Source: an uncultured virus (IMG/VR IMGVR_UViG_3300025889_000102) (taxonomy: Duplodnaviria > Heunggongvirae > Uroviricota > Caudoviricetes). Taken from it: a DNA stretch of 64,000 bases. A program made the translations under genes and the position numbers. Shown here piece after piece: positions 54,101-62,638 of this stretch; position 1 is the first letter of the stretch, and the number at the start of each line of letters is the position of its first letter. The notes below the pieces were generated by a model. The model was not told the DNA's origin, did no database searches, and was given only the letters and a program-made list of their open reading frames with translations. The stretch lies in the IMG/VR virus record IMGVR_UViG_3300025889_000102; one strand, given 5' to 3'.

Positions 54101-56398
54101 ACTAACGCAGTTGTAGAAATAGATGGTGTAAGACAAAATATATCAAACTACACGATATATCCAACTACTAATAACATTGTGTTTAACACTATTCCTGCTG
54201 CTAATAGCGTGATTGCGGTAACTACATATGCAAGTACTGAACGTCAGTACTTTAACACTATATTTGGTGTAGCGGGTTCTGCTACTTCTTCATTCTTGTC
54301 ATTAGTAGTTGAAGCAACTAATCACGTATCTATCAATTACGATGAATTAGTGACTGCTGGATACTTTGAGATAGGTAATGACTACGTAATAGATACAGTA
54401 GGAACTACTGACTTCACATTAATAGGTGCTTCTTCAAATACTCCAGGAGTAATCTTTACTGCTACAGGTGCAGGTACAGGCGATGGTACTGCTTATGCAG
54501 GTTATGATGGCAGCGATTTTGATGTAAATCTAAATTGGCTAACATTAGCGTCTGGATATACTACTACTGGTATGAATATAAACGATACTATAATATTCCA
54601 AGCACCAACTCTAGGTGGTTTAGTAGCCACTCAGATTTATTATGTTGTTGAAATATTAAACAGCACAGAGTTTGTAATCTCTGAGACACCAGGTGGTGAA
54701 CCAGTAGAATTGTATGATGACACAGGTGCTATGACTACAACAGTTAATGCGATTACAGTTGCTAACATCGTGAACGTAACTAACACTCTATCTGAACCAC
54801 TCGCTATAACGGTTGCTACTTCTTCTACATCTGGAACTAACGTGATTACTTGCGTAGCATCTCCAGGCACTGCTAACTTTATCGAAGGTCAAACTGTTGA
54901 ATTTAAGGTTGCTGACCCACTCAATGCATTTGGCGGTATTGACACAGAAGGAAGAGTTTATTTTGTAAGAAGCATTGTAAGTGGTACAGAATTCACTATC
55001 GAAGACGAAGACGGTAACGAGATTGCTCTTACTACAGATTCAGGAGTGATGGTAGTTTATGTAGGAGAAAGACCAGCAATAAGAGTAACTACTGGTGTAG
55101 CACACAACTTTAGTCAAAATGAGTTAGTAAGATTAGGTGGAATATCTGGTTCAGTACAATTAAATGATGACGTTTATTACGTACATGTTATATCTTCAAC
55201 TGTATTTGACTTGTATTATCAAGCATACGATCCTGGATATAATGCTTACAATGATCCAGTAGTCAACTGCGATTCATACGAAGGTGGCGGTTATGCTTGG
55301 AGATATGGTTTGTTCAGAATGTATACTACATCTGCTAGTGCTACAACAACTGCTGGAGTAATCACTTGTGCTGATACTCAGAAACTAACAGTTGGTACTC
55401 CAGTAATCTTTACTCAAACAGGTAGTCTATTAGATACTGCTATACTAGGTGGTTTGATAGCAGGTAGAGTATACTATGTAAACAATGTACTAAGCAACAC
55501 AACATTTACAGTTTCTGAAACTAGATACGGCGACGATCTCACTCTATCTGCTGATTCAGGTTCTTGCTATGTAACTCAATGGGAACAGACTAACGTTGAT
55601 AGACTCTGGGTAACCGTCAATGGTTACAGAGTACCTGCTGAATCACTAAGATTAGACAGAGCCAACGAAGTCAGCATTCTCGCTCCAGTAGTACCAGGTG
55701 ATGTTGTAACTATCACTTCTATGGTGCCAACTGCTACACCAGACGAGCAAATATGGCAATTGAACATAGACAGATTTGGCGAGACACAGATACACAGATC
55801 AAATCCAGAATCTAGAACTTGGTTAACTAAAGCATTGTATGAACTAGAAACCGAGATGTATGTCAATGACGTAACAAGAATCACAAACATATTAGAACAA
55901 AATGTTATCGCTCCTGCGGTGACTTCTGGCATCTACAAGATAGGTCTAACAGCAGACAAAAATCAAATTTCTACGGTTAAAGTACTTAATGTAAGCACCG
56001 GCGAGATTATTGACCCAGACAATTACTTAGTAGAAATAGAAGGACTAGTACCATTCTTGAAGATCAGGGAAGGTAGTTATATCGCAGAAGGTAATGTTTT
56101 ATTGATTACTACTCTAGTAGGTAATCAAGTGTTTATTAACGGAGAGTACATAGGATTTACTTCCGTAGACTTTGAAAACAATATAGTCAAGGGACTAAAG
56201 AGGGGTCAGAACGGTACAGGAAGACAGTATGTAATACCTAACTATTCTGAAGTATTTGGATTATTATCTTCAAATAGGATGAATCCTAATGAGTATAATC
56301 AGACTTGGAATTCCTACTACTGGAATGAAGAAACAGGTGATCCCCTACAATTGAGTACGACTAACTCAGCAAACTTCTTTAAAGTGGATATTACCTAA
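36107..56398 (+). CDS. giant (6763 aa) multidomain baseplate-associated virion protein in the gp7 position
   Basis: Uninterrupted 20.3-kb ORF directly after gp6. It contains FG-GAP-like propeller repeats (FGYSIA..LVVGAP..GKAYVY), BNR/Asp-box-like repeats ([15 protein letters not shown]) and about 16 copies of a F..GD.V.F.G...GGL.....YYI module. Confidence 0.8.
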   Translation: MARIRTLNFLPEIFQTSPNQQILTASLDQLVNPPQLLKVQGYVGSKIGYGVDANDYYVPEPTKVRQDYQLSPGVVFTRPDQSAAQDFLTYPGLLDGLELAGSVVDNNNNLFESEIYSWDSFTELDKLINYHQYYWIPAGPPAVTVASAVVYAINNYVVTDLANGYNIRAVGSGSGAINPTLTLLRGGTYTFAVNQDSPFWIQGEPGVSGTSLSNPNLNVREIFGVSNNGASSGVVTFSVPPANAQDAFLLPGNSTVDIVSTKPFSEINGKKLSEIVSIDGVNQLLGKTVLFYNTGSPDEVGYVSSYNDEVNYDVNNPIFDDPSTEIQIAASAPNFFTMASGSTSLFAVNDTIVFSGGLGGVVPDQVYYIKEILSGSTFTISQTLGGPEVTLSTEITSTTAYINIGFYEEGYYTNVNDNFYTITYVGSDPVLRLVPSGSIPTMEKITAQLGQNYQGVGFYKDIFGVIQRIPYISAPLETLYYQDGDSPNKVGLIKIVDNNLFNELDVERDILGKKNFTSTNGITFTNGLKVRFDGDVVPRKYLTDEYYVEGVGTAIELIPVSELVVPEDYANDIDVPWDSTNYDMAPYDSALSVPEYPDYMTVARNALSRNPWSRSNRWFHIEVIEATATYNNDPSILSRFTSGSSKAKRPIIEFYPNLKLFESGTLGKKPIDFIDHRATDALSDVAGLYNYYPDVEVYTDFSATINSAGANFIGTIVTTTLTVSSLTSGEIVPGSYIYGFNIPQNMKIVSQLTGTPGGVGTYEVSIGYTSLPNIEIESRINTATITIDSDQVTGKFLVGQYVNDLTGILPSDTQISEISGDTTLTLTLVFDDYLRILETTDQSLVANRKPNETYKLFDGARIVFAGDNDPEIRSKVFTADLSTITPGSRPILTFSETFDSPALFDEQTIVLRGYNNKGKSYLYDGLDWQAGQQKTDVNQPPLFDIFDYNGVSFSDTSVYLGTSFRGTKLFAYGIGSGPDDPILDFPLKYSSVNNIGDISFDVSLNSDTFDYVSTGSPVTLKINSGFVHDYESRTEYNRELGWKKAIAKSAQYQVFEFNYVPDQGTNTYTCDIKAIEEDPDVPHWPSVKLFVNNSLQFPANYTYTTTEDTTTIHFDYNGLEETKIQVLVLSDQVSQVGYYDLPVNLTNNPFNDDLEVINIGDIRRQYANIVANYQKNIDVIFGPNSFRDQGNLVPYNNIVIQNSASLVLPSVFLRKRNHDLFNSILYNSREYVKFKNLLLDTVDKTDFAQNYDPSYVLDTAIDIISSSRSQEQPFFWSDMIPSQSPYLTNTYNFKNSLDATIFPLVKVYDFSKANYSSVLLYLLRNGFTYQLVRDQDYTISTDAPSVIVNVGLQEGDQIIVREYNQTYGSYVPNTPTKLGIYPAYKPEVVLDEHYIDPTWFIKGHDGSYNRLYGDYDQVNNVLVDFRDQVLFEFEMRVYNNLKLSTVPPIMPYDVLPGFFRQETAKDYAKFLESYSTQFLSWIGENRLDYQRQYYQINEPLTYNYRGNTNKIDQQPIPMGYWRGIYNYFYDTYNPDTTPWEMIGLTQKPDWWEDRYGVAPYTSDNLVLWNDLANGINWNNGDPIVIEKLKRPGLLDIIPVDEQGNLKEPIQTLISFYNSNTVQREWQVGDIGPVEFSYRRSSTWPFDVTRLYALSKPADFYNLFVDLDNYRWSEEFQQYLVDNRSHLRPEDLEIYGNGTAKTSYINWIIDFEKQLGVDAQANIQTMLDNLDIRLIHRLAGFSDKTQLKYYVEKGTPNNLNSSLLIPDESFALLLYDNQPSDKIEYTSVIVQIVADGYQIYGNSQTKAYFTTLKPLANSDQIEITVENQKVTVQVDPSEVEVVVPYGKLFYTVQELSQFLINYGNLLTKRGLVFNQIEDGKPIDWQYMVEQFLYWAQTGWDAGSITTLNPAANILFINKESLIPQPMTLRETNFILNQNLYPISTNDLCIVRDGTAFSASCYNKGDAMSLAQFEMSNFEHGVVFDNVTIFDDVLYNRITGLRQNRVSLNGTKTADWDGTVFASGFIYNQDNIKEWSRYEKYTKGAIVKYKNKYWTSLQMVQPSDTFLERQWKITEYNEIQKGLLPNPSTRSFESSLYYNSYESNLEQDGNLLGFSLIGFRPREYLEVADLTDVTQINVFKTMLQGKGTNSAASIFKGAELPQGKIDYNIYENWAVKTSEYGGVLNENFVEFRLNEDLLTGNPATVALTNGVHTPDMQQYVPMYSLYNYARPPQGPDILSVTDYTAPKLYPDAGYVNFEDVKMSAFFFSQMSIAVNTSGEVVPVSNFYVRDYAWLADYRNKWQVFTPKSIGQVSVVKSNVNGTSTVSFVEPHNLSVNEPFVIVNFDSSVNGYYYVQKILDQFRVIINLNLRSTTREITGLGVALKLTSQRVDKPSDIINLPLLDSEFIKNTVWVDENGDGGWGVYRKSINYQYELEMTKESSGAYGSAVATNEILGIMTTDSQLGEAYRYVYSPLFKNYRLVQTLSQGAGFGTSIAHKDNLIFISKPDTGIYSYIINDSQLDDSMIPYQAVITNPSGVTNFGTSMAVSGDKKWLYVSDYENNEVYVYSQQSIDFDAGYLTVGETYEITELGDTDFTLLGAVENKVGIVFVATGAGTGTGKTKQVTYKLSTSITISLPDGDEKFGYSIATDYNGDTLVVGAPELDSDDNLLEKVGKAYVYQRSWQHFEAQFNLPVQSFPISWTPDTTNYTPVSVTSSEIEIGDNIDADTAVIFTGGTYGDTRIEPNKVYYVYDNPTATTIRLKESRSSATFLTFEDGSITSGTLTSQDSPLHVYVNGRLVNDNNYAVVGTNFIYTSSLRAGDIIQVNDNKFYLIQTLTTGDPERIGVQFGHSVDVTKWASEILVGAPFALTSTNQEGAVHRYTNGGGKYGMVVGTAPAQMTNTRTVLINGYAITLPNNYTADQIANLINTTHVTNVHAMATSDGKLIIELIDKNLSIPNEKLLITGYSEDLFADLGFDVYTQTQKVLCPHTTGRTQFGYTVKFNEFDSFVVSAPTGTRYSSVTFDFTDDEKLDNDTIFDNNATTWLDGFTNAGAVYMFDYLSNFNENLNNVGKFIYAQSVNSRDLSYGEQPLYGRMLDFRNNKVIIGTPNFQINSMLGCETVAGDIGQVTVYNNSSGVKDWSLHRKSSPIVNIDKIQNAQIFSAATNETEINLDYIDPLQGKILGAARQNIDYVSNIDPAGYNNTEANQFGKLWGGDHVGQIWFDTTNVRFVNYHQNDSAYNAKYWGTVFPGSDVAVYTWIASNIPPLNYNGPGTPYDRTKYVIGTKVDAADNIVPVYYFWARNTNLIDSNIGKTLADSIIAAYINSPKRSGISYFAPLLPNAFALYNCGEYLNARDSVFHVGYSITGVDDPSHSEFTLIRQNYASDFLPGLPGVGNITRPESLYDRMLDSLSGVDEFGDVVPNPYLPKSVQSGVSVRPRQSFFYNRYEALRNYLTFANEVLKQYPISEVRPLSDFLYKENDPIYDEEGNVLFDKGEYYYTPEYWEFINWWAPGYNNNTKAAVQVNVYADLAKLNVPVSTICKVLTNGEGKQETYRYDGNGIFTRIGLEGGTIQFKIYLWDYAEARLGFGDNFFDTTVYDLYPSEETRWIIRALNEQLLIDDLLVYRNKGLVLLFEYVESETTESQNFLPWLSKTSLVDVYHNVRSLEPISVFQSDNSEFLTGYINEVKPYHVVIKEFLFVYDALDVFEGNITDFDLPAKYNSTVDEFITPALVKDKINLNAYNEYTYGDPIWSQPEYTEWYNNRGVSLTGQVDYYMTKLVSYVTLVSPSIVVDNASGFPSNGVFKMGNEIIGYANVDRNLNILSGLTRGLEGTEVTDHIPGELIYMDLPPVLLLDTGRSYDNPPKVTAYVDTNLWGEPEEEAELEAIMAADSVLQIKVINPGKGYPVLPEILIDPSIITVFSSENINENSNTLIIYSPALSTGDLVRYKAAGNGTNIGGLQDGQWYYINVLETVPTGIIAFYSSYGDAVNDHERIPLTVLGFGDDHTLNLGAKASAISTAFPVRQNIETLRFDRTTYDSQVIDWEAGAFYGAFFAGAYTNREDVASSSILIDSEDPPIELITAAAQGVVLEISDVRNNREILWSSFERNVSSVISPDTIRLTFNSSMPNASGSTVGFEVGMPIKFVGATGTSGLVNNETYYIAEIVNDSDFKISETQFGTVMTLASLTVSSAGLKAYTAQIIDKAVLTVNYPGIRQVTSTQANTNFITAPISLTGSNGTTGLYVDVPVFFTGQTFGGLVENEVYYITTVIDNERFTIGKKTKPVMTDITETVAATDTIVVDSTEGFSVNDRIIFTGETFGGIEAGVEYWILEIVSDTEMKISIEGPNLAPLSLFNATGRTPVINQKDTLRLTNATGDITMHVNLPVSPGQVTGQLFNLYNTSDHYPSVLSAAFDNLVEKDITATIAGVNRLTIANYSGIDFLYTNFPFRVPTTGGGLVANIVYYIKDIGVTEIICEQTSSSGNLITCDDTSVLYAGMEITFSGTGLGGITVGRVYYVKTIVNSTQFTISDNPGGAAVTLTTEPGIMLGTGEYWITASSTVGGAELTLTSTIGGTTLYQTPLVAPTFDVSYIIGGYRVYPINVGKGFALDNTITIPGNLIGGSKPANNLTLTITEIDEFGGIVNVICDGTPAGIVKQYYLKVIGPYEVEVYEDSLLQIPVSGVGFDYVGYTSTDVLSVESSSIFGFDESVSAGSFLVGEEYTILSIGDTDFAAAGSTLVTMGSFVPGTLYTVKTNDAAFDAIGAGSTFTGSIAPGTGSLSGYGVLTITDVLTPTVAATNLIEGQTYTIESLGTTDFTLVGAPYNDVGVSFAATATGTGTGTGTVTTTTVRLNQELSGSGVTSGTKIIGYLTGDGNTGTYLVDISQTVSSTTITASSQQDVTFVALGAGVGISGDAYVSSFTATTVGAGTGTALAGYDTQLFDLTLTGIVIDDVSLFNNYDAVVFTGDVVGDIVAGETYYIINISGNRIIISDTPQGSQFNVNYTGSTPDMYISKVGSYAFLPEPFYFNQSIVRFRNRVYVCVVSNNDNEFIYGKWEELRPEDRRLNGLDRVIGYYRPTDNMPGLDLTQVVSGITYPNSIYSGNPFQPSLQYGIDVLLQDQKFQPEDVDFVAITWDGSNYYAPANLPLNTSIATDTNQFGWDLVKFSNNPLSITDLKYVGNYYIMTSSNSATAIIKSADRQAWTTRGYYTNTDYDWNSTQTFNMKTLSSAGLSLNSVTYRDGLYIAVGSEIVASRDAYIWRRVYQPPSGRNYVLNYIDNIEVPGFSGLVAVGKGLRPDYTTGITLSVDTNVILTSTDGGYSWQEGAQFTNKGFYTVCADENNILIMGEDGAIYMSADGINWNGITETNVISTNTFLNTVTVGNTSGLQVGDRVRFSSAFDVITTETDYYIYSLYSSVQVILSTDPGLGSTITLDGSNPINGQTLMFKYPMLSTIRRSYYGGGVDMLGLDNYPSDWVMSTETETPITDEDAIHMGVGENGLIITSADGYFWQEETSGTTETLRDIIFVNGLYTVVGHNNTILRSNDQINWTIYNYLGQAEPIYDVVGDEFTAGYAPEELVAGVVNDNITLTVNTRPGSNWLVTEYAGVGYNVHSTVLTPVSDTQTEYSFYDLVQNPMQVAAFIIDPVTKLSTSIYEGIDYTVDWINDKIILNNPLAFGLEPETLRIDVYEVGNGDQLVKASTRTDPLRYNDETGFSEIYLNCNYSAPISLGSGVIRPDSSPVYVTATETIALTNSIVVEDITKFVENGQISFTGFTIGGLLEDTPYFVKTVSYATSSITISDTLTPSAVAGDTVTVTDESGLMTTVINPGQGEVWTDPVVYHNGTKLLLGKTSRAVRTSSATNTVTVLTTGGISAGDTITFCMCMFGTAIQPNTLYTVLSIVDSNELTLEDPDNPGNPLPLDDATGGSMFVTRDYAIGLAPNDINAKLIFNTVHYYETDYIAYTLFGETVPQQYSYTLPETELFTGNGIETEFNLSNFVGGDNPTNAVVEIDGVRQNISNYTIYPTTNNIVFNTIPAANSVIAVTTYASTERQYFNTIFGVAGSATSSFLSLVVEATNHVSINYDELVTAGYFEIGNDYVIDTVGTTDFTLIGASSNTPGVIFTATGAGTGDGTAYAGYDGSDFDVNLNWLTLASGYTTTGMNINDTIIFQAPTLGGLVATQIYYVVEILNSTEFVISETPGGEPVELYDDTGAMTTTVNAITVANIVNVTNTLSEPLAITVATSSTSGTNVITCVASPGTANFIEGQTVEFKVADPLNAFGGIDTEGRVYFVRSIVSGTEFTIEDEDGNEIALTTDSGVMVVYVGERPAIRVTTGVAHNFSQNELVRLGGISGSVQLNDDVYYVHVISSTVFDLYYQAYDPGYNAYNDPVVNCDSYEGGGYAWRYGLFRMYTTSASATTTAGVITCADTQKLTVGTPVIFTQTGSLLDTAILGGLIAGRVYYVNNVLSNTTFTVSETRYGDDLTLSADSGSCYVTQWEQTNVDRLWVTVNGYRVPAESLRLDRANEVSILAPVVPGDVVTITSMVPTATPDEQIWQLNIDRFGETQIHRSNPESRTWLTKALYELETEMYVNDVTRITNILEQNVIAPAVTSGIYKIGLTADKNQISTVKVLNVSTGEIIDPDNYLVEIEGLVPFLKIREGSYIAEGNVLLITTLVGNQVFINGEYIGFTSVDFENNIVKGLKRGQNGTGRQYVIPNYSEVFGLLSSNRMNPNEYNQTWNSYYWNEETGDPLQLSTTNSANFFKVDIT

Positions 56399-56413
56399 AT
56401 GATAAATAAATCT

Positions 56414-56563
56414 ATGAGCGACAAACACGTTAAACCAACCAAAGATAACTCTAGAGACACTAACAAAACTAGAGAATTTGGTGGGGTTTATATGTCATCT
56501 CATATAAAGATTTTTGATCCAAATACTAATGAAGTATTAGTTAAGAAAAGGGCAGATGACTAA
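56414..56563 (+). CDS. 49-aa protein similar to the N-terminus of the downstream protein
   Basis: Manual translation MSDKHVKPTKDNSRDTNKTREFGGVYMSSHIKIFDPNTNEVLVKKRADD*. Preceded by GATAAATA (56401-56408); stop abuts the next ATG. Not in the ORF track. Confidence 0.75.
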   Translation: MSDKHVKPTKDNSRDTNKTREFGGVYMSSHIKIFDPNTNEVLVKKRADD

Positions 56564-57178
56564 ATGATCACAATATCATATAAAATTGAAGGATTTCTCA
56601 AAATATTTGACCCTAAGTCGGGTGAAATTTTTGTAGAGAAAAAGAATGCTATCAACTACGAGAACATGTCAGAAGCCCTAGCAGATACTTTGAGCAGCAG
56701 GGGCTATGGAGAAATCTATGAAATGGCGTTTGGAAATGGTGGAGCATCTGTAGACGAAACCGGAGTTATTACATATTTGCCCCCAAACACTACTGGCCAA
56801 AATGCTGCTCTTTATAACCAGACTTATAAGAAAATAGTAGATGATACTAGCGTGTTCAATCTAGACCCAACTAGAAATAAAATGACTGTTTTGCACACTA
56901 CTGGTAAGGTTTATACAGACATTTTAGTTCAATGCTTACTAGATTACGGCGAGCCTGCAGGGCAAGCAGCATTTGATAATAGCACACAAACAGATACTAA
57001 TTTCGTATTTGACGAACTAGGATTGCTGGCAAATTACGGTACAGATAGTTCAGGACAAGTAATAACAAGACTACTAACTCACGTAATTTTTCACCCAGTT
57101 CAAAAATCGTTAAACAGACAGATTCAGGTAGATTATACTGTGAGGATACAGAGTCTAACTAACCTAATTACAATTTGA
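56564..57178 (+). CDS. baseplate-region structural protein
   Basis: 204 aa with MAFGNGG, FVFDELGL and LLTHVIFHPVQKSLNR..QVDYTVRI; context within the baseplate/fibre block. Confidence 0.65.
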   Translation: MITISYKIEGFLKIFDPKSGEIFVEKKNAINYENMSEALADTLSSRGYGEIYEMAFGNGGASVDETGVITYLPPNTTGQNAALYNQTYKKIVDDTSVFNLDPTRNKMTVLHTTGKVYTDILVQCLLDYGEPAGQAAFDNSTQTDTNFVFDELGLLANYGTDSSGQVITRLLTHVIFHPVQKSLNRQIQVDYTVRIQSLTNLITI

Positions 57179-57206
57179 GATAAATAAAAGAACGGAGCGA
57201 CGAGAT

Positions 57207-58436
57207 ATGGCATATACAATAGTTAAAACAGATGGTTCAGTATTAACAACCATTGCAGACGGTACGATTAATACTACGAGTACATCTTTAGGACTACCGG
57301 GCAGAAATTATGCAGGATATGGTCAATCACTAGATACAAACTTTGTCCATCTTACTGAAAATTTTGCTGATACTACCCCTCCTTCTAATCCGATCAGGGG
57401 TCAGTTGTGGTACAATACAAGTGATACTACAATGTACATTTGTCCTACTGATGGAGAATCAAATGGTGCTGCTTGGTTAGCACTTACCGCAACTACTAGC
57501 GGCGGTAGTACAACATTCGGTGAAGTTACTGTAACAGGTAACTTGTCTGCAAACAATATCTCAGTCACTAACGGAATTACTGGAAACTCAATTACTGTAA
57601 ACTATGCCACAGTAACTGTAAGCGCCAATATAGCATCAGGTAATATAACAAATGGTAATATTACATCATTAACTACTCAAGCAATAACTACTGGTGGTGC
57701 TACAACAGCAGGCACACTAACTGGTGTTTGGACTGTAACTGGTTCAGCAGGTGGCTCTGGCGCGTCTGCAATGGTCTTTAATACAGGCGGTATCTACATT
57801 GATAACACAGGTAACTTGTATGGTATAAGAACTGACAAGTACATGTATGCAAACGGTGATCCGATATCTTTCGCAGGTACTTATAGTAACTCTAACGTTG
57901 CTGCTTATCTACCTACTTATACTGGTATAGTTGGATCAGGCGTTGGCGTTACATTCAGGGGTAACGTAATTACTACAGGTGGTGTAAGCACTGGTGGTAA
58001 CATAACAGGTAACTGGACATTAACGTCAGGTTCAAGACTAAACGCAACATACGCCGACTTAGCAGAACGTTTCGAATCAGACACTTCTTATGAACCAGGC
58101 ACTGTGGTTGAGATAGGTGGAGATAGAGAAATTACTGCGGTCAAGTACGAACTTTCAGAAGATGTATTTGGTGTAGTTTCTGATACAGCAGCATATCTAA
58201 TGAATGCAGGTGCAGGTGATGACGAAACTCATCCCCCAGTCGCAGTATCTGGACGAGTGCAAGTTAAAGTCACTGGTCCAGTAACAAAGGGCCAGAGATT
58301 GGTAAGTGCGGGAAATGGAATAGCCAGGGGTGCTGCTCCCGGCGAAGCAACTGCTTTTAATACGATAGGTAGGTCCTTGCAAGATAAAGTAACAGCAGGT
58401 CCGGGCACAGTTGAAGCAATTGTGATGTTAAAATAA
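57207..58436 (+). CDS. fibre/spike protein with C-terminal intramolecular-chaperone (peptidase G2-like) domain
   Basis: C-terminal YADLAERF....YEPGTVV.IGG...FGVVS...AYLMN...PVA.SGRV.VKV.G.V.KG.RLVSAG; GATAAATA at 57179-57186. Confidence 0.7.
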   Translation: MAYTIVKTDGSVLTTIADGTINTTSTSLGLPGRNYAGYGQSLDTNFVHLTENFADTTPPSNPIRGQLWYNTSDTTMYICPTDGESNGAAWLALTATTSGGSTTFGEVTVTGNLSANNISVTNGITGNSITVNYATVTVSANIASGNITNGNITSLTTQAITTGGATTAGTLTGVWTVTGSAGGSGASAMVFNTGGIYIDNTGNLYGIRTDKYMYANGDPISFAGTYSNSNVAAYLPTYTGIVGSGVGVTFRGNVITTGGVSTGGNITGNWTLTSGSRLNATYADLAERFESDTSYEPGTVVEIGGDREITAVKYELSEDVFGVVSDTAAYLMNAGAGDDETHPPVAVSGRVQVKVTGPVTKGQRLVSAGNGIARGAAPGEATAFNTIGRSLQDKVTAGPGTVEAIVMLK

Positions 58437-58447
58437 GGTACTAAAAG

Positions 58448-59422
58448 ATGAGTTACGCACAATATGGTCTGATTGAAGCAAGTGATTTTAACAGCCTAGT
58501 AGGTTCTGCTACTAACAATGGCAATACAGCAGCAGTAAACACACTAAACGCAGTATGGGCTACTGGTAATGGTGCAGCAGGATATGGTCAGACAGCAGTA
58601 ACTCAAGTATCAGCAGGAGACATCGTGGCTGCTGCAAAATGGAATAATCTAGTTACATATACTAGCAATTGTGCTAGCCATCAAGGAACTTCAATAACAG
58701 CAGTTACCGCTCCTTCAGCAGGTGACACGATAACTTATAGATCCGCTATTCCTACTAACCTAAGTTCAATATACACAAGCAGACTAAACGCAGCAGGTCA
58801 GAGTGGAACTACTTCTAACGCAGTTACTACTGCAACAACTTTCAATGATTTTGCTACTTTTACTCATACTGCTACTTTCGCAAATGCTGACGCAGCAAGA
58901 CATTTTTTCAATGCAGGCGGACAATTAAAAATAACTGTTGCTCAAACAGTTAACAGTTCTACAATTGACGCTTTGTTTGTTAATCTTTGCTCTAACGTTG
59001 GTACTGTAGTAGTATCATCACTAGGAAACAGTTCAACAATATCCGTGAATGGTAGTACATTTAGCGGGGTAACTAAAGTAGGTGGTGGTGGAAACTCTCC
59101 AACTATAGACGCTACAAAAGGCTATTATGGATTGTCTACTGCTAATGCTACTATTTTCACGCAAGTCACATCTCAAGGACCATCTGGATACCTAAATTCT
59201 TTCATCAGAGTTATAGCAAAGACTAATGGTACGCAAGGTTCTAATAATGATAATGGAACAGTTGTGACCTTATATACTATTTTCGATGAAGATCAAAATG
59301 GTTTCGCAGTTAGCGCAGGATCACGTACTACGCTAACAGTAACTTACCCAACTACAACTTATCTAGCAAATACTTGGGGTACAGTTTCACTAGCCGGCAG
59401 CGTAACAACTGCTAACGTATAA
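58448..59422 (+). CDS. Thr/Ser/Gly-rich virion structural protein
   Basis: 324 aa; composition and ARHFFNAGG motif; follows the fibre gene. Confidence 0.6.
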   Translation: MSYAQYGLIEASDFNSLVGSATNNGNTAAVNTLNAVWATGNGAAGYGQTAVTQVSAGDIVAAAKWNNLVTYTSNCASHQGTSITAVTAPSAGDTITYRSAIPTNLSSIYTSRLNAAGQSGTTSNAVTTATTFNDFATFTHTATFANADAARHFFNAGGQLKITVAQTVNSSTIDALFVNLCSNVGTVVVSSLGNSSTISVNGSTFSGVTKVGGGGNSPTIDATKGYYGLSTANATIFTQVTSQGPSGYLNSFIRVIAKTNGTQGSNNDNGTVVTLYTIFDEDQNGFAVSAGSRTTLTVTYPTTTYLANTWGTVSLAGSVTTANV

Positions 59423-59471
59423 TAATTTTTTAAGTTAAACTGTTAGTTCTAAATACTCTTGGAGTATTAGC

Positions 59472-59777
59472 ATGGATACTAAACAGTTATTATCAGATAT
59501 CAAAGCACGATTCGCTCACAATTCCGCTAAAGCATACTTAAAAGACAAATACGAAAGTAAATTGATCGTAGCAGATCAAGGTGGATTGTGGAAAGCAGAT
59601 TACGCAACTATCAATTTTTTAAATGCGTTTGATGATGACCATATCGCCTTGATAGACAAATTTGATAATTTGGTCGTAGTGAATAGGAAAGAACTTTTAG
59701 AAAAACTAAAAACTCTGTATACACAAGTTACTAATCAATGGCACGAAGAATGGAAAGAGTTAGAGGCTAAACGATGA
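59472..59777 (+). CDS. hypothetical protein (possible fibre assembly chaperone)
   Basis: 101 aa with RBS GGAG and CTAAATA box at 59449-59455; the function is inferred from position only. Confidence 0.6.
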   Translation: MDTKQLLSDIKARFAHNSAKAYLKDKYESKLIVADQGGLWKADYATINFLNAFDDDHIALIDKFDNLVVVNRKELLEKLKTLYTQVTNQWHEEWKELEAKR

Positions 59778-60571
59778 GTAGAGGTGCGATACTATTCGCA
59801 TTTAATTCTCCCAAATACGATTATTATTCAATGGCAGAGTTTACTGCTAAAAGAATAAATCACTATCTAGATTTACCTGTAACCATAATAACAGATAAAG
59901 AGTCTACACTAAGTTCTTCTGGCTATCAGTTCGACAATGTTATTATTACCGAACCAGATAAAGACAAAAGCAATAAACGAAGTTGGGGTCTATGGATAAA
60001 CAAAGGAAGATATCAAGTTTATGATATGACTCCTTATGATGACACTATATTACTAGACGCAGACTACATAGTTAACTCAGATCAATTAAAAATTTTACCC
60101 GACATCACAACTGATTTTTTGTGTCACTATAACACTAGTTATTTGATGGCTCCTGATGCTGGACAAGAAAGCGTATGTCAAGCATTTGATACAGTATGGG
60201 CTACAGTTATTTCTTTTAAGAAAACTAAACTAACTCAACAAATTTTTAACATGATGGAAATGATTCAAAACAACTATGAACACTACAGCAACATATATCA
60301 TTTCCTGCTTACGCCCTATAGAAATGACTACTCTTTGACAATCGCGCTAAGAACTGTATATGGACATCTGTTAGATAACAGACATAAGATTCCCTGGAAC
60401 TTAGTTCATGTTGGTACCGGCACTAAGATATATCGTGATAGTGATAATGAATACACTATAGTTTATGATAAATGGCAAAGGGGTAAGATAAAGAAAGAAT
60501 ACATCACTATCAAAGATTGTGATTTCCACGTACAGAATAAAGAACTATTAGAGGATATAATGAATGTCTAA
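59774..60571 (+). CDS. GT-A fold glycosyltransferase-like protein
   Basis: TPYDDTILLDADY (DxD motif) after an N-terminal Rossmann-like region. Confidence 0.65.
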   Translation: MSRGAILFAFNSPKYDYYSMAEFTAKRINHYLDLPVTIITDKESTLSSSGYQFDNVIITEPDKDKSNKRSWGLWINKGRYQVYDMTPYDDTILLDADYIVNSDQLKILPDITTDFLCHYNTSYLMAPDAGQESVCQAFDTVWATVISFKKTKLTQQIFNMMEMIQNNYEHYSNIYHFLLTPYRNDYSLTIALRTVYGHLLDNRHKIPWNLVHVGTGTKIYRDSDNEYTIVYDKWQRGKIKKEYITIKDCDFHVQNKELLEDIMNV

Positions 60572-61361
60572 AGGATTTGTAATTTTAGCAGAAAATACTG
60601 AAAAAACAGATTACGTTAAGTGCGCTGAAGTTCTAGCGAGAAGCATTTATAAAACTATGCCAAACGCTAAAGTTTCTATAATTACCAATTCACCCACACA
60701 TAGGGGATTATTTGACAAAGTGATTAATCTACCATACGGCGATCTAGCAACTACTAGTGACTGGAAATTGATTAATGACTTTCAAGTGTATGAAGCATCC
60801 CCGTATGATCATACTATAAAATTAGAAGCAGACATGTTTTTGCCTAGATCCATAGATCATTGGTGGGATGTTTTAAAACCAAGAGACATCGTAGTATGTA
60901 CTACTATTAGAAATTTCAAACAAGACATATCTAATGAAAGACATTATAGGAAGTTCATTGATGACAACAGTTTACCAGACTGTTACAATGCTATAACTTA
61001 TTTTAAGAAGAGTAAGAAAGCAGAAGAATTTTTCTCATTAGTCAAAGACATATTTTTTAGTTGGGACACGTTCAGAGATACTTTAAGATGTAATAAGAAT
61101 GAACCTGCTACTACAGATTGGGTTTATGCTTTGGCTAGTCACATCATGTCTCCAGAAGTTACTACCATGCCAGAATTTAAAGAGATGAGCATGGTTCATA
61201 TGAAGCAATTTATCAATAGGGCATCATCTGAAGACTGGACTGCTGGGTTTATATATGAGTTGCGCCCAGAAGTATTCAGAATTAATACTATACCTCAGCA
61301 ATATCCTGTACATTATCACGTTAAAAATTTCGCAAATAAGTTGGAAACAGTATATGGCTGA
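60564..61361 (+). CDS. GT-A fold glycosyltransferase-like protein, paralogue of the preceding gene
   Basis: SPYDHTIKLEADM (ExD variant); similar start (MSKGFVILA vs MSRGAILFA); HYH near the C-terminus. Confidence 0.65.
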   Translation: MSKGFVILAENTEKTDYVKCAEVLARSIYKTMPNAKVSIITNSPTHRGLFDKVINLPYGDLATTSDWKLINDFQVYEASPYDHTIKLEADMFLPRSIDHWWDVLKPRDIVVCTTIRNFKQDISNERHYRKFIDDNSLPDCYNAITYFKKSKKAEEFFSLVKDIFFSWDTFRDTLRCNKNEPATTDWVYALASHIMSPEVTTMPEFKEMSMVHMKQFINRASSEDWTAGFIYELRPEVFRINTIPQQYPVHYHVKNFANKLETVYG

Positions 61362-61701
61362 AGAAAATACTGAAGAATATATCTTATTCTGGGAAGCACC
61401 TAAACTACAAACTTTTGAGTATAGACTTTATTACGATGAAAAGGGTGAAGTTATTTGTTACTCTACTGAGAAATTACCCGGTAATTTCATAGTAGTTGAT
61501 AAAGACGTTTTTATAGAGGCTCGACCCGATCTCAGGGTAATAGATGGCAAATTATCTAGAGCCATACCTAGCAGAATAGTAAATAAACTCACACCATCAG
61601 AAAAAGGCATTAAGTGTTCAGTTGACGATATAAACATATTAGTGTATGATGATAGTGTGCCTACTCAAAATTGGAAGATAAAAGTTTATGAGCTCAGATG
61701 A
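61354..61701 (+). CDS. hypothetical protein; start re-called at 61354 (MAEENTEEY...)
   Basis: The ATG at 61354 gives an 8-nt overlap with the upstream gene instead of 107 nt. Confidence 0.65.
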   Translation: MAEENTEEYILFWEAPKLQTFEYRLYYDEKGEVICYSTEKLPGNFIVVDKDVFIEARPDLRVIDGKLSRAIPSRIVNKLTPSEKGIKCSVDDINILVYDDSVPTQNWKIKVYELR

Positions 61702-62638
61702 TATTGTTGACGTAGCAGATTTGGATTGTATATATCTCTCTTTTGACGAACCGCAGAAAGAAGAATTCTGGCTGAAGTTAAAGAACATGGTTCCTTGGGC
61801 CAAGCGAGTTGATGGAGTGAAGGGTAGCGATGCAGCACATAAAGCCGCGGGAGAAGCCAGCGATACTGAAAGATTTATTTTAGTTGATGGTGACAATATG
61901 CCCGACGAGTCATTTTTTAATATACAACTAGACTTCACTAAGGTAGATCCTGTCTTCAAGATTGCTCAATACAGATGGAAAGCTACAAATCATATTAATG
62001 GGTTAAGATATGGTAATGGTGGAATGAGTAGTTGGACTAAGACTTATGTAGCAAATATGAAAACTCATGAACATAGCGATGGCGACGAGACAACTACAGT
62101 AGACTTTTGTTTAGAAGCCAAAGATAATATTTACTGGGCTATGCATGATTGCTATTCTACTACCTATCCTAATTATACTTCTTTTCAGGCTTGGCGTGCA
62201 GGATTCCGCGAAGGAGTTAAAATGAGTTTAGACAGGGGAAAGCGTCCTACTGTAGAAAACTTCAAAGAAAGTGTTGCTAAACGAAACTTCAATAATCTTA
62301 CCATATGGCAAAATGTAGGTGTAGATGTAGAAAACGGCATATGGGCTATATATGGTTCTAGGTTAGGCACTTACATGACTATGCTTACCGATTGGAATCA
62401 CTCTGATGTGCAATGGTTTGATAATCTAGCAGAACTGTGGCAAGATCATAAAGATAAAGATCCAGTCGTAGAAGCAGAAGTGATAGGCACTATTCTAAGA
62501 GATAAGTTAGGTTTACCTATCTGCACACTAGACAAAGACCAAAGTAAATTTTTCAAGCGTCATTACTTAACAGACAAACACAATCTAGGACCTCTAGTTA
62601 GAGAAATGGATGTTATAAGACGCATAGAAGGTTGGTAA
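61688..62638 (+). CDS. glycosyltransferase-like (GT-A) protein
   Basis: DCIYLSFDEP...RVDGVKGSDAAHKAA...ERFILVDGDN (DxD motif), YGNGG, QAWRAGFREGVK. Confidence 0.6.
   Translation: MSSDDIVDVADLDCIYLSFDEPQKEEFWLKLKNMVPWAKRVDGVKGSDAAHKAAGEASDTERFILVDGDNMPDESFFNIQLDFTKVDPVFKIAQYRWKATNHINGLRYGNGGMSSWTKTYVANMKTHEHSDGDETTTVDFCLEAKDNIYWAMHDCYSTTYPNYTSFQAWRAGFREGVKMSLDRGKRPTVENFKESVAKRNFNNLTIWQNVGVDVENGIWAIYGSRLGTYMTMLTDWNHSDVQWFDNLAELWQDHKDKDPVVEAEVIGTILRDKLGLPICTLDKDQSKFFKRHYLTDKHNLGPLVREMDVIRRIEGW

Noticed and set aside
36107..59422. Diversity-generating retroelement, intein or invertible cassette in the fibre/baseplate genes
   Set aside because: No reverse transcriptase or recombinase gene, no adenine-variant repeat pair noticed and no intein motifs recognised. 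Checked by eye only.
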